64,000 nt of DNA, taken from assembly GCA_963665095.1 (NCBI GenBank), contig OY762069.1, positions 4,032,001 to 4,096,000 of the forward strand, read 5' to 3'. Under the pieces are notes generated by a model. The model saw nothing but the letters and a program-made list of their open reading frames with translations. It had not been told where the DNA came from and searched no databases. The first letter of the stretch is position 1, and each line of letters opens with the position of its first letter. The DNA is from an uncultured Desulfobacter sp. (GTDB taxonomy: Bacteria > Desulfobacterota > Desulfobacteria > Desulfobacterales > Desulfobacteraceae). This document shows, in pieces, positions 28,869 to 38,443 of the stretch. Made by a program: the position numbers and the translations under genes.

Positions 28869-30458
28869 ATGATCATCACCGATATACTCCGTCAAAATAA
28901 CACACTGTATCCAGATCAGACCGCATTGATTGAACGAATACCGTCCACAGGTGCCCGTACGCAGATCACCTGGTCCGGATTTTACAGACAAAGCATTCAA
29001 ACAGCCAATGCCTTGATAACCAGGGGCATTAAAAAGGGAGACAAAGTTGTTCAGCTGATGACCAACTCCCTGGGCTGGCTGCCCATCTATTTCGGGGTAT
29101 TGAACACCGGTGCCTGGATTGTTCCTTTAAATTTCAGATTTGAATCAGATAAAATCCGGTTGTGTACGCTGACATCAGAGGCCAGGGCCTTTTTCTTCGG
29201 CCCGGAATTTGTTCAGCGGCTGGAAACCATTCGGCATGAGTTATCCCAATCTGTGGAACTATGGATTTTCACTGGCCCTGAAGAGGCATGTCCTGAATGG
29301 GCCTGCCCCTATACAAAATTTATCTGTGAGGCCGATGATCAGGCAGTACCGGATCCTGACCTGACCCCTGAAGATGATGCCGCCCTTTATTTTACCTCCG
29401 GCACTACGGGAACACCCAAGGCCGTGCTTCACACACACAAGGCGCTCATGCACGCCTGCCATGTGGAAAACGCCCACCACAGCCAGACCCATGATGATAT
29501 ATTCCTGTGCATCCCCCCGCTTTATCATACAGGGGCCAAGATGCACTGGATGGGATCTTTTCTTGTAGGGGGCAAATGCGTTCTGCTCAACGGTGTCAAG
29601 CCGGAGTGGATTATTGAAGCAGTCTCCGAAGAAAAATGTACCATTGCCTGGCTGCTGGTCCCCTGGGCCCATGATATCCTTATTGCCATTGACTCCGGCC
29701 GTATCAATCTTGATGACTACACCCTTTCCCAGTGGCGGCTCATGCACATAGGCGCCCAGCCGGTTCCACCCAGCCTGATAGAAAACTGGCACAAGCATTT
29801 TCCAAACCAGGATTATGACACCAATTACGGCCTGACAGAATCCTCAGGGCCCGGCTGCGTTCATTTAGGTGTTGAAAATGCGGACCGGATCGGTCCCATT
29901 GGTATTCCCGGCCATGGCTGGGAAGCCCAGATTGTGGACAAGCAGGGCGCCCATCTGCCATTTGGGGAAACCGGAGAACTTATTGTCAAAGGGGACGGGG
30001 TCATGAAAGAGTACTATAAAAACCCCGAAGCGACTGAAAAAACGATTAAAGACGGTTGGTTGTTTACCGGCGACATTGCCAGATATGACAAGGACGGCTT
30101 TATCTGGCTGGTGGACCGTAAAAAGGATGTGATCATCTACGGGGGCGAGAACATTTTCCCCGTGGAAATTGAAAACTTTTTCCTCAAGCATGAAAAAATC
30201 AGGGATATTGCCGTGATCGGCGTCCCTGACGAGCGTTTAGGGGAACTGCCTGCCGGCATTATCAGCCCTAAACCCAATACCATGATGTGCGAGCAGGACG
30301 TAATTGATTTCCAGCAGTCTCTGCCCAGATACAAACAGTTGAAAAAAATATTTTTTGGGGATGTCCCGAGGAATCCCACAGGCAAAATAGAGAAGCCTAA
30401 ACTGCGCAGGATTTATGCTGAGGATAAACGGAAAGCAATGGCCCTATTACTTAAATAA
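28869..30458 (+). CDS. AMP-binding acyl-CoA synthetase family protein
   Basis: YFTSGTTGTPK, YGLTE, GWLFTGD, DRKKD, PRNPTGKI. Confidence 0.92.
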   Translation: MIITDILRQNNTLYPDQTALIERIPSTGARTQITWSGFYRQSIQTANALITRGIKKGDKVVQLMTNSLGWLPIYFGVLNTGAWIVPLNFRFESDKIRLCTLTSEARAFFFGPEFVQRLETIRHELSQSVELWIFTGPEEACPEWACPYTKFICEADDQAVPDPDLTPEDDAALYFTSGTTGTPKAVLHTHKALMHACHVENAHHSQTHDDIFLCIPPLYHTGAKMHWMGSFLVGGKCVLLNGVKPEWIIEAVSEEKCTIAWLLVPWAHDILIAIDSGRINLDDYTLSQWRLMHIGAQPVPPSLIENWHKHFPNQDYDTNYGLTESSGPGCVHLGVENADRIGPIGIPGHGWEAQIVDKQGAHLPFGETGELIVKGDGVMKEYYKNPEATEKTIKDGWLFTGDIARYDKDGFIWLVDRKKDVIIYGGENIFPVEIENFFLKHEKIRDIAVIGVPDERLGELPAGIISPKPNTMMCEQDVIDFQQSLPRYKQLKKIFFGDVPRNPTGKIEKPKLRRIYAEDKRKAMALLLK

Positions 30459-30492
30459 GCTCCGTACAAAAGTATAGCATCGGGAAAATAAA

Positions 30493-31164
30493 ATGAAGCA
30501 TTTGATAAGGTTTATGTTGGCCCTTGTAACCGCCGGGTTTTGTGCTGTGCTGATAATGACGGCACAGTGTATGGCTGCAGAGACACAAGGCGTTGAGGTG
30601 GGAAAACTTCTGGCAGGCATTGAATCAAAGTATGCCAACAAGGGATTTTCAGCTGATTTCAGCCAGGCTTCCCGGCTGACAGCCCTGGACATGACAGAGA
30701 CGGCAAAAGGCAAAGCCTGGTTCAGCCATCCTGGAAAAATGAAATGGGTCTATGAAGGGGAGGACCACCATGAAATCATTACCAACGGGCAACACCTGTG
30801 GATCTATCGTCCAGAAGAAAACCAGGTGATGATAGGCAATGCCGAAGCCTTTTTTAAATCCGGTTCCGGCGGTGCGTTTTTATCAGATATCCGACAAATT
30901 AGAAGTGATTTCACCATTGAACCGGGAAAATCAGAGGCAAATTCTGAAGAACTGATTCTCACACCCAAAAAGGAGAGCCCGGATCTGGTAAAAGTGTATA
31001 TCACGGTTGCACTTCCCGAATATGAAATCCCCATGGTGGTGACTGAAAATGCATATGGAGACACCACCCGGTTCGTGTTTACCAATATCAGATTTAACAC
31101 ACCGGACACACAGCTCTTTGAATTTACCATTCCGCAGGGAACCGAAATTATAAAGATGGACTGA
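30493..31164 (+). CDS. lolA: Outer-membrane lipoprotein carrier protein LolA
   Basis: Signal peptide, ADFSQ, PGKMKWVY, NGQHLWIY..EENQV, FEFTIPQG. Confidence 0.85.
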   Translation: MKHLIRFMLALVTAGFCAVLIMTAQCMAAETQGVEVGKLLAGIESKYANKGFSADFSQASRLTALDMTETAKGKAWFSHPGKMKWVYEGEDHHEIITNGQHLWIYRPEENQVMIGNAEAFFKSGSGGAFLSDIRQIRSDFTIEPGKSEANSEELILTPKKESPDLVKVYITVALPEYEIPMVVTENAYGDTTRFVFTNIRFNTPDTQLFEFTIPQGTEIIKMD

Positions 31165-32078
31165 TGAATACTACAAATCTTTCGCTGCAACAGCAGATCA
31201 GACAACTTGCCAAAGAGAAAAATGCCATCATTCTGGCACATAATTACCAGCCTGCAGATATTCAGGATATTGCGGACCTGTGCGGTGACTCCCTTGAAAT
31301 GAGCATCAGGGCGGCTGCCACAGATGCCGACATCATTGTGTGCTGCGGAGTCCGTTTCATGGCGGAAACTGCGGCCATCCTCTGCCCGGACAAAACCGTG
31401 CTTATGCCCAATCCCGATGCCGGCTGCCCCATGGCGGACATGGTCACCCCTGACGCCCTGACAAAGCGCAAAGATGAACTTGGGGGGATACCTGTTATCA
31501 CCTATGTCAACTCATCCGCAGCTGTCAAGGCCGTGTCCGACATCTGCTGCACCTCGGCCAATGTGGTCAAGGTAGTAAATGCCCTGGATGCAGCTGAGGT
31601 ACTCATGACGCCGGACAAAAATCTGGCCCGGTATGCCGCAGCCAACACCGACAAGAAAGTTCACCTGTGGCAGGGTTTCTGTCCCTTTCACAACGACCTG
31701 AGTGTTGAGGATGTGAAGGCAGCCAGAGCTGCTCACCCCAACGCGTTGTTTGTGGCCCATCCGGAATGTACCCCGTCGGTACTTGCACTGGCAGACAGCA
31801 TCCAGTCCACATCCGGGATGATCCGGTTTGCCGCTGAAAGCACAGCCACTGAATTCATCCTGGGCACCGAAACCGGCCTGATCCATCCCATCTCCAAGGC
31901 CCATCCTGAAAAAACCTTCTTCGCAGCATCAGAGCAGCTTTTGTGCACAGACATGAAAAAAACACGGATGGAAGATGTCTTAACCTGCCTTGAGACCCTG
32001 TCCGGCAGGGTGATAGTGGACGAACCGATTCGCCTCAAAGCCCTGGACGCCGTTCAAAAAATGGTCAATATGAAATAA
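31164..32078 (+). CDS. nadA: Quinolinate synthase
   Basis: LAHNYQ, GDSL, CGVRFMAE, AGCPMA, YVNS, CTSAN, HPEC, STSGM. Confidence 0.96.
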   Translation: MNTTNLSLQQQIRQLAKEKNAIILAHNYQPADIQDIADLCGDSLEMSIRAAATDADIIVCCGVRFMAETAAILCPDKTVLMPNPDAGCPMADMVTPDALTKRKDELGGIPVITYVNSSAAVKAVSDICCTSANVVKVVNALDAAEVLMTPDKNLARYAAANTDKKVHLWQGFCPFHNDLSVEDVKAARAAHPNALFVAHPECTPSVLALADSIQSTSGMIRFAAESTATEFILGTETGLIHPISKAHPEKTFFAASEQLLCTDMKKTRMEDVLTCLETLSGRVIVDEPIRLKALDAVQKMVNMK

Positions 32079-32109
32079 TCCCCGACATGACATAAAAAAA
32101 AACAGACAC

Positions 32110-32156
32110 AAATGAAAAAGGAGCCGGTTTGACAAACTGCAGCTCCTTTTTCATTT
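32110..32156. terminator. Bidirectional terminator between nadA and yebC
   Basis: AAATGAAAAAGGAGC ... GCTCCTTTTTCATTT inverted repeat between convergent genes. Confidence 0.75.
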
Positions 32157-32189
32157 TAGATTTAAAATCCGATTTAAATTCTAAAGGAT

Positions 32190-32933
32190 TTACATGGCGT
32201 CAAAGGCCTCATCCGGAATATCGGCATTGGTATAAAAATTCTGGACATCATCATTGTCGTCCAGGGCCTCCATAAACCGGATCATCTGTTCTGCTTCCTT
32301 GCCGGAAACCTCTGTGGTATTCTGGGGAACCATGGAAATTTCAGCGACTTCACAGGTAATTTCAGCGGCATCAATGGCATCCTTAACCGCATCAAAGTCC
32401 TCGGGGGAGGTGAGCACATCAAAGCTATCACCCTCGTCTTTAATATCTTCAGCACCAGCTTCCAGGGCCACTTCCATGAGGGCGTCCTCGTCAGCAGCTT
32501 CTTTTGAAATGGTAATAACTCCCTTTTTATCAAACATCCAGGCCACGCATCCGTCAGTACCCACATTGCCGCCAGCCTTATTAAAAATGTACCTCACATC
32601 GGCAATGGTCCGATTTTTGTTGTCTGTGAGACACTCCACCATTACAGCCACTCCGCCGGGCCCGTACCCTTCATACATGATCTCTTCGTAATTCACCCCG
32701 TCCATGTCGCCGGTACCTTTTTTAATGGCCCGGTCCACATTGTCTTTGGGCATGTTCTGGGCTTTGGCGGAATCAATGGCACGGCGCAGCCTGGGATTGG
32801 CTGAAGCATCGCCACCGCCCATGCGTGCCGCCACTGTGATTTCCTTGATCAGCTTGGTAAATACCTTTGCCCTTTTTTTATCGGCCGCACCTTTTTTATG
32901 TTTGATGGTCGACCACTTGCTATGTCCTGACAT
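32190..32933 (-). CDS. yebC: YebC/PmpR family protein
   Basis: [38 protein letters not shown]. Confidence 0.97.
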   Translation of the reverse strand: MSGHSKWSTIKHKKGAADKKRAKVFTKLIKEITVAARMGGGDASANPRLRRAIDSAKAQNMPKDNVDRAIKKGTGDMDGVNYEEIMYEGYGPGGVAVMVECLTDNKNRTIADVRYIFNKAGGNVGTDGCVAWMFDKKGVITISKEAADEDALMEVALEAGAEDIKDEGDSFDVLTSPEDFDAVKDAIDAAEITCEVAEISMVPQNTTEVSGKEAEQMIRFMEALDDNDDVQNFYTNADIPDEAFDAM

Positions 32934-33588
32934 GGGTATTCCCCTCCTTATTTTTATATTTTGCTATGATATATATCTCTTTGCTTTGTTTTCTACAGCT
33001 TTCCGGCTTAAATACCCGGCACTCTTTAAATGCTGATCTCACTTCTTTTTCAAAGGGCTTGAACTCATTCCCCTGGAATATTTTGCACACAAAATTACCC
33101 TGAAAAGCCAAATTTTTCAAGGCTGTATCCAGGGCCATGCGGCACAATTCAACGGAACGTATGGCATCCACATCCTTTCTGCCCGTGGTGGCAGGGGCCA
33201 TGTCACTTATCACGACATTAAAGGTGCCGGCAAGATCTGCTGTGAATGCCGGATGTTCAGGATGGAGGATATTATCCTCAATAGCCCGGACATTGGCCGG
33301 CAGTGTTATTTCAACCGGTTTCAGATCAATACCCAGCACCTGGCCCTGACTGCCCGCAAGTTTTGATGCATAAAGCAGCCAGGAACCCGGAGCACACCCC
33401 AGGTCCAGCACATTATCCCCATTTTTAATGATCTGACATTTATTCTGGATCTCTTCAAGCTTGAAAACAGACCGGGCCGGATAGCCCATGGATTTGGCCT
33501 TCTGGGTATAATGATCTGCCCACTGGCCGGACCTGCCGCCTTTTCCTGCAGGCTTTTGTCCTTTTGCAGGCCTCTTTTTACCCTTCAA
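32920..33588 (-). CDS. rlmE: 23S rRNA 2'-O-methyltransferase RlmE/FtsJ
   Basis: [32 protein letters not shown] + TTG start at 33588 inside the radA 3' end. Confidence 0.93.
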   Translation of the reverse strand: MKGKKRPAKGQKPAGKGGRSGQWADHYTQKAKSMGYPARSVFKLEEIQNKCQIIKNGDNVLDLGCAPGSWLLYASKLAGSQGQVLGIDLKPVEITLPANVRAIEDNILHPEHPAFTADLAGTFNVVISDMAPATTGRKDVDAIRSVELCRMALDTALKNLAFQGNFVCKIFQGNEFKPFEKEVRSAFKECRVFKPESCRKQSKEIYIIAKYKNKEGNTHVRT

Positions 33589-34954
33589 ACAACACCTCCA
33601 CAGCATCCTTCAAAAAACTGATACTCTCAATGGTCATACCCTTTATTTTTGATAATTGCTTCATGGTGGCCGTGGGCACCAGACACCGGGTAAACCCCAT
33701 TTTAGCAGCCTCCTTGATTCTTGCCTGGGCATGGCTGACTGCCCTGATCTCTCCTGTCAGCCCTATTTCTCCGATCAGGGTGGTCTCTTTATGTACAGGT
33801 CGGTCCAGAAAACTTGACGCAAGGGCGGCTGCAATGGCAAGATCTGCCGATGGTTCTGAAATTCTTACCCCGCCGGTGACATTCATAAAAATATCCAACC
33901 CTGTAAGGTTCATGCCCAGACGCTTCTCCATCACCGCCACAATCAGGGCCACCCGGTTGCTGTCCAGTCCAAGCACTGTGCGCCGTGGCGTACCAAGGCC
34001 GGAAGTTGAGACAAGCCCCTGGATCTCCACCAGAATGGGACGTGTCCCTTCCATGCTGGCTGTGACGACCGATCCCGGTGCCACCTGGGCCCGTTCCGAC
34101 AGGAATACGGCCGAAGGGTTCGGCACCTGGCTCAATCCCTGGTCCCGCATTTCAAATACCCCGATTTCATTGGTGGACCCAAACCGGTTTTTTACAGCCC
34201 GAAGAATCCGGAAGATATGGCTTTTATCCCCTTCAAAATAGAGTACGGTATCCACCATATGCTCCATAATCCTGGGTCCGGCAATGGCACCGCCCTTTGT
34301 CACATGCCCCACCAGGAAAATGGGCAGACCAATGGTTTTTGAAAGGCGCATGAACTGCATGGACGCCTCACGAATCTGGGTAATGCTGCCCGGAGTAGAA
34401 TTTACCTGGGGATGAAAAACGGTCTGGATAGAGTCGATCACCATGGCGTCATAGTCATCCTTTTCCGCCATGGCAAGAATGGCTTCAAGATCGGTTTCCG
34501 ACACAACAAACAGGGAGTCACCTGAAGAGCCAAGACGCTTTCCGCGCAACGAGAGCTGGCTGATCGATTCCTCTCCGGACACATACAGGCATTTTTTCCC
34601 AGCCTTTGCCAGTCGCGCCAGAACCTGGAGCATCAGTGTGGATTTGCCGATTCCGGGATCTCCGCCGATAAGCACAAGGGACCCATCCACAATACCGCCC
34701 CCCAGCACCCGGTCAAATTCATTAATGCCGGTGCGTATCCGTAAAGAAGGGGACACTTCCACCGAGTCAATGGACACCGGTTTTGCCGCAATGGCAGGCC
34801 GGCCTGCACCGGCCGCACCCGGGGTCCGGGCCACCAGCGTCTCTTCAACAAGACTGTCCCAGGCACCGCACTCTGGACACTGGCCCATCCATTTAGGGGT
34901 CTGGGCCCCACAGGCCCTGCAACTGAATATGGTCTTCTCTTTTTTTCTTGCCAC
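33578..34954 (-). CDS. radA: DNA repair protein RadA/Sms
   Basis: C4 zinc finger, GDPGIGKST, KNRFG motif, Lon-like C-terminus; start estimated at GTG 34954. Confidence 0.97.
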   Translation of the reverse strand: MARKKEKTIFSCRACGAQTPKWMGQCPECGAWDSLVEETLVARTPGAAGAGRPAIAAKPVSIDSVEVSPSLRIRTGINEFDRVLGGGIVDGSLVLIGGDPGIGKSTLMLQVLARLAKAGKKCLYVSGEESISQLSLRGKRLGSSGDSLFVVSETDLEAILAMAEKDDYDAMVIDSIQTVFHPQVNSTPGSITQIREASMQFMRLSKTIGLPIFLVGHVTKGGAIAGPRIMEHMVDTVLYFEGDKSHIFRILRAVKNRFGSTNEIGVFEMRDQGLSQVPNPSAVFLSERAQVAPGSVVTASMEGTRPILVEIQGLVSTSGLGTPRRTVLGLDSNRVALIVAVMEKRLGMNLTGLDIFMNVTGGVRISEPSADLAIAAALASSFLDRPVHKETTLIGEIGLTGEIRAVSHAQARIKEAAKMGFTRCLVPTATMKQLSKIKGMTIESISFLKDAVEVLFEG

Positions 34955-35629
34955 GTCTATTTTACATCCAACAGGTTGAAAATCGCGTGAATATACCACG
35001 TTATGCGGTCCCTATCAAGAACACTAGCCGCCCCTGTTCCAAGAATTTCTGCCAAATTCAACTGGAGACAGCAGGGGAGTAAAACTAAATTTTTTCTTTT
35101 ATTTTCAGCATAATATCGTTATTTTAATACCATTTAAGCTTAGTTTTTACTGCAGACCTCTCCTTGTTTACCCTGCCCATGCCAGAGAGGTCGGGCGGTT
35201 AATTTACTTTGTATAGTCTATAATTCTGAACTTTTATACATCACAGCGGCTTGACAGAACATCAGTTTCTAGTTTATACATATAATAATTGCTATATATC
35301 GTCATAGGCTAATTCGTAACTGATCACTCCCATTAATTAATCCCCGGCCTCAAAAGCCTATGGCCGCAGCCTTGAACCGGCTGGTGTACTATTATTTATA
35401 CTGACGACAGTTTCACCCTGCCTTAACAGGGAAAGGAATCATCATTTTTCACTAAACGCCGGTACCAGGGGCACTACGAATAAGAAAAAGCTAAAGAAAA
35501 TTTCCTGTAACAACCGCAGCTTGGATCTGGCCTTCGCGCTGGCGAGACAATGCAACGAAAAGCTATGATTCCAATGTGGAATATTTTTTTCGCCAAGAAA
35601 ATCCAAATATTTTTGGAGTAAAAATAGCT

Positions 35630-37057
35630 ATGAATAAAACCACCGAAGCCCCCCTGCAGGAAATCAGACTGCTGATGATATCCGACAAGCTTGAAAAATG
35701 GTTCGGACAACGCGGTATCGCTGAAGTAGTCAGTCTTAAAGAGGTTGACGGTTCCATTGATTTTTTATCTTACCCCGGTATCCTTCTTGATCACGACATC
35801 CCGAAACAGGCCAGACAAATCGTGCTGAAAATCCGTTCAAACAGCAGATTCGCATTTATCCCCCTGTTTCAGACCATGCCCATAGACCCCTTTACAGACC
35901 ATTTAACCGATGGAATTATGGATGACATCCGGCCCGCTGTAGAGCAGACAATTATCATTCAGAAACGGCTTCAAAGCCTGGAATACAATCTGAATGAACT
36001 TGTCTCTTCTGCCCGGGCAAGACTTTTTATCTTTCTTTTCAGTAGAAAAAGACTGCTTTCCCCCGTCAGAAACTGGCGGCATCCGTCTTTTTACCAGTAC
36101 CCTTTGATAGAAGCAATCGCCATTCCGGAAGGACAGCCTGAGTTCTGGCTGGAAAATCTTGAAAAACGCGGTTTGCTTGATCCGTCCGCATTGGTAGACA
36201 GGGTTCGCAGATGCCCCAAATGCGGATTGTCCAATCCAAATTACATTGATGTCTGCCCTCACTGCTCATCCATCGATATCACCCAGGCCAGTTTTATCCA
36301 TTGCTTTACCTGCGGTACGGTCATGCCGGAAAATAATTTTCTCACAGACCAGCACCAGATTCTGTGCCCCCAGTGCAAAACCCAATTGCGCCATATTGGC
36401 ACGGACTATGACCGTCCACTGGAAAATTACTCCTGTTCAGCCTGTCACAGTGTTTTTTCCGAACCTGAAATAAAGGCCGTTTGCGGCCGATGCGAAAAAG
36501 AGTCCATACCGGAAGATTTAAATATAAAAATATTTTACACCTATGAACTGACGGATAAAGCCGAGCTCATCACAAAATCAGGTCGGTTTATAGAGCCGGA
36601 AGCGCTTATCCAGACGCTGCTGAATGTCAATTTTCAGCAGTTCAAATTTCAATTGAACTGGATGCTTTTAATGGCCCGGCGGGTGAAACAGGAAATATTT
36701 TCCATTATGGCCATAAAAATAGTGAATCTTGAAGCCCTGGAAGCAGACATTGGCATTATTCGTCTGATGGAGCTGGTTGAAGAGTTTGTTAAACGATTTA
36801 CAGCCACACTTCGAATCACGGATTTCGCAACCCAGCAGAAGCCTGACGATCTTTGGCTGCTCCTGCCGCGGATGAACGCGGACAATCTGAAAATAATGAT
36901 TGACCGTCTCAACGTTTTCAGCCATGCCCCCAAGGAAAACAAAAAGATACCGGTACTGAAGTTCTCGTTTGGCGCACTTACGATTCCGGACCAGCTCAAT
37001 GAAAATGATACAGTCGAGTCCATTCTTTCAATCCTGGACGACGAAATAAACGGGTAG
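35630..37057 (+). CDS. Multi-CxxC zinc-ribbon (TackOD1-like) protein with C-terminal degenerate GGDEF domain
   Basis: Six CxxC pairs (CPKC, CPHC, CFTC, CPQC, CSAC, CGRC) with LRHIGTDYDRP; RITD-x5-KPDDL in place of RxxD-x5-GGDEF; GGAG RBS before ATG 35630. Confidence 0.75.
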   Translation: MNKTTEAPLQEIRLLMISDKLEKWFGQRGIAEVVSLKEVDGSIDFLSYPGILLDHDIPKQARQIVLKIRSNSRFAFIPLFQTMPIDPFTDHLTDGIMDDIRPAVEQTIIIQKRLQSLEYNLNELVSSARARLFIFLFSRKRLLSPVRNWRHPSFYQYPLIEAIAIPEGQPEFWLENLEKRGLLDPSALVDRVRRCPKCGLSNPNYIDVCPHCSSIDITQASFIHCFTCGTVMPENNFLTDQHQILCPQCKTQLRHIGTDYDRPLENYSCSACHSVFSEPEIKAVCGRCEKESIPEDLNIKIFYTYELTDKAELITKSGRFIEPEALIQTLLNVNFQQFKFQLNWMLLMARRVKQEIFSIMAIKIVNLEALEADIGIIRLMELVEEFVKRFTATLRITDFATQQKPDDLWLLLPRMNADNLKIMIDRLNVFSHAPKENKKIPVLKFSFGALTIPDQLNENDTVESILSILDDEING

Positions 37058-37072
37058 CGGGAAACCACAGAT

Positions 37073-38422
37073 ATGATTGACGCCATCATAATATTCATCA
37101 GCGAGGTGTTTGAGGCTTTCCTCCTCATCATTGAGGCCCCTGTGACCAATTTTGAAGAGTTTATTCTGAAGTTCATTCCATTTGCCCTTTTTCTTGAATT
37201 CCCCCTTTATGTGCTGATTATGACAGGCGCGATTCTTCACCTTATGAGAGAAAAAATAGTATGGAACAAAAAAGATAAAGAGTTTTACCCGTCTGTCTCC
37301 TGTATTGTCCTGTGTTATTCAGAAGGCCTTGCGGTTCAGCAGACCATCCGTACATTAACGGAACAGCTGTACGAGGGGCCAGTGGAAATCCTTGCCATCA
37401 TGGACGGGGCAGCCCAGAACAAAAGCACATACGAGGCTGCCAAAAAGATGGAACCTTTTGTCCGGACATTTTATAACCGCCGACTGCGGGTGATTCCCAA
37501 ATGGCAGCGGGGGGGAAGGGTCTCGTCAATGAATCTCGGCCTGACCCTGTCCACCGGCCAGATCGTGATGGCCCTGGATGGTGATACCTCCTTTGACAAT
37601 GACATGATATATCATGCCGTTAAACCATTTCGCGACGAAAACGTAGTTTCTGTGGCGGGAAACCTTCGGGTCCGAAACGCATATGAAAGTATCTGCACCC
37701 GGATGCAGGCCATTGAGTATCTGCTATCCATCTATCTTGGAAAAGCCGGTTTAAGTGAATTTAATATTGTAAACAATGTGTCAGGGGCCTTCGGGGTGCA
37801 CCGCAGGTCCTTTCTGAAACAGTTAGGCGGCTGGGACTCCGGTACGGCAGAAGACCTTGACCTGACAATACGCATAAAAGGGTATCTGGGACGATATCCC
37901 CATTTAAGAATTCTTTTTGCACCCAAGTCCATCGGCCACACAGATGCGCCATCAACATTCAGGCAGCTGGTCCAGCAGCGGATCCGCTGGGATGGCGACC
38001 TTTACTATCTCTATTTTAAAAAACACGGTCCCAGAATTGCGCCACGGCTTTTAGGGTGGAAAAACTTTTCCATGGTCTTCTGGACCGGTTTCCTGTTTCA
38101 AATCGTCATGCCGTTTCTGATTATTTTTTATACGGTTTTCTGCCTGATATTTTATCCCCTGGCCATGGTGACGGCCCTGTATCTGTTTCTCTACCTGGTC
38201 TATCTGCTGGTTGCCTCGGGCATGTACTTTTTTTTCCTGCTCTTTTTTTCAGAAAGAAAAAAGGAAGATGCCCAGCTGATCAGATGGCTGCCGGCGTTTC
38301 CCGTGTACAGCTTTTTTATCAGAGTGGTATCCGCAGTTGCTACTCTGTTTGAAATTGTCCACAACAGCCACCTGGATTCGTCCATGGCGCCCTGGTGGGT
38401 ACTGCGAAAAACAAAATTTTAA
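37073..38422 (+). CDS. Processive family 2 glycosyltransferase (PgaC/IcaA/HAS-like synthase)
   Basis: D, DGD, AEDLD and QRIRW (QxxRW) motifs; N- and C-terminal TM helices. Confidence 0.9.
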   Translation: MIDAIIIFISEVFEAFLLIIEAPVTNFEEFILKFIPFALFLEFPLYVLIMTGAILHLMREKIVWNKKDKEFYPSVSCIVLCYSEGLAVQQTIRTLTEQLYEGPVEILAIMDGAAQNKSTYEAAKKMEPFVRTFYNRRLRVIPKWQRGGRVSSMNLGLTLSTGQIVMALDGDTSFDNDMIYHAVKPFRDENVVSVAGNLRVRNAYESICTRMQAIEYLLSIYLGKAGLSEFNIVNNVSGAFGVHRRSFLKQLGGWDSGTAEDLDLTIRIKGYLGRYPHLRILFAPKSIGHTDAPSTFRQLVQQRIRWDGDLYYLYFKKHGPRIAPRLLGWKNFSMVFWTGFLFQIVMPFLIIFYTVFCLIFYPLAMVTALYLFLYLVYLLVASGMYFFFLLFFSERKKEDAQLIRWLPAFPVYSFFIRVVSAVATLFEIVHNSHLDSSMAPWWVLRKTKF

Positions 38423-38443
38423 CCCCATTTTAGAGCGATATGT

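Noticed and set aside
35000..35629. c-di-GMP-I/II riboswitch or sigma54 promoter before the polysaccharide operon
   Set aside because: No GEMM consensus found; TGGCGAGACAATGCA has GG-N9-GC rather than the required N10 spacing
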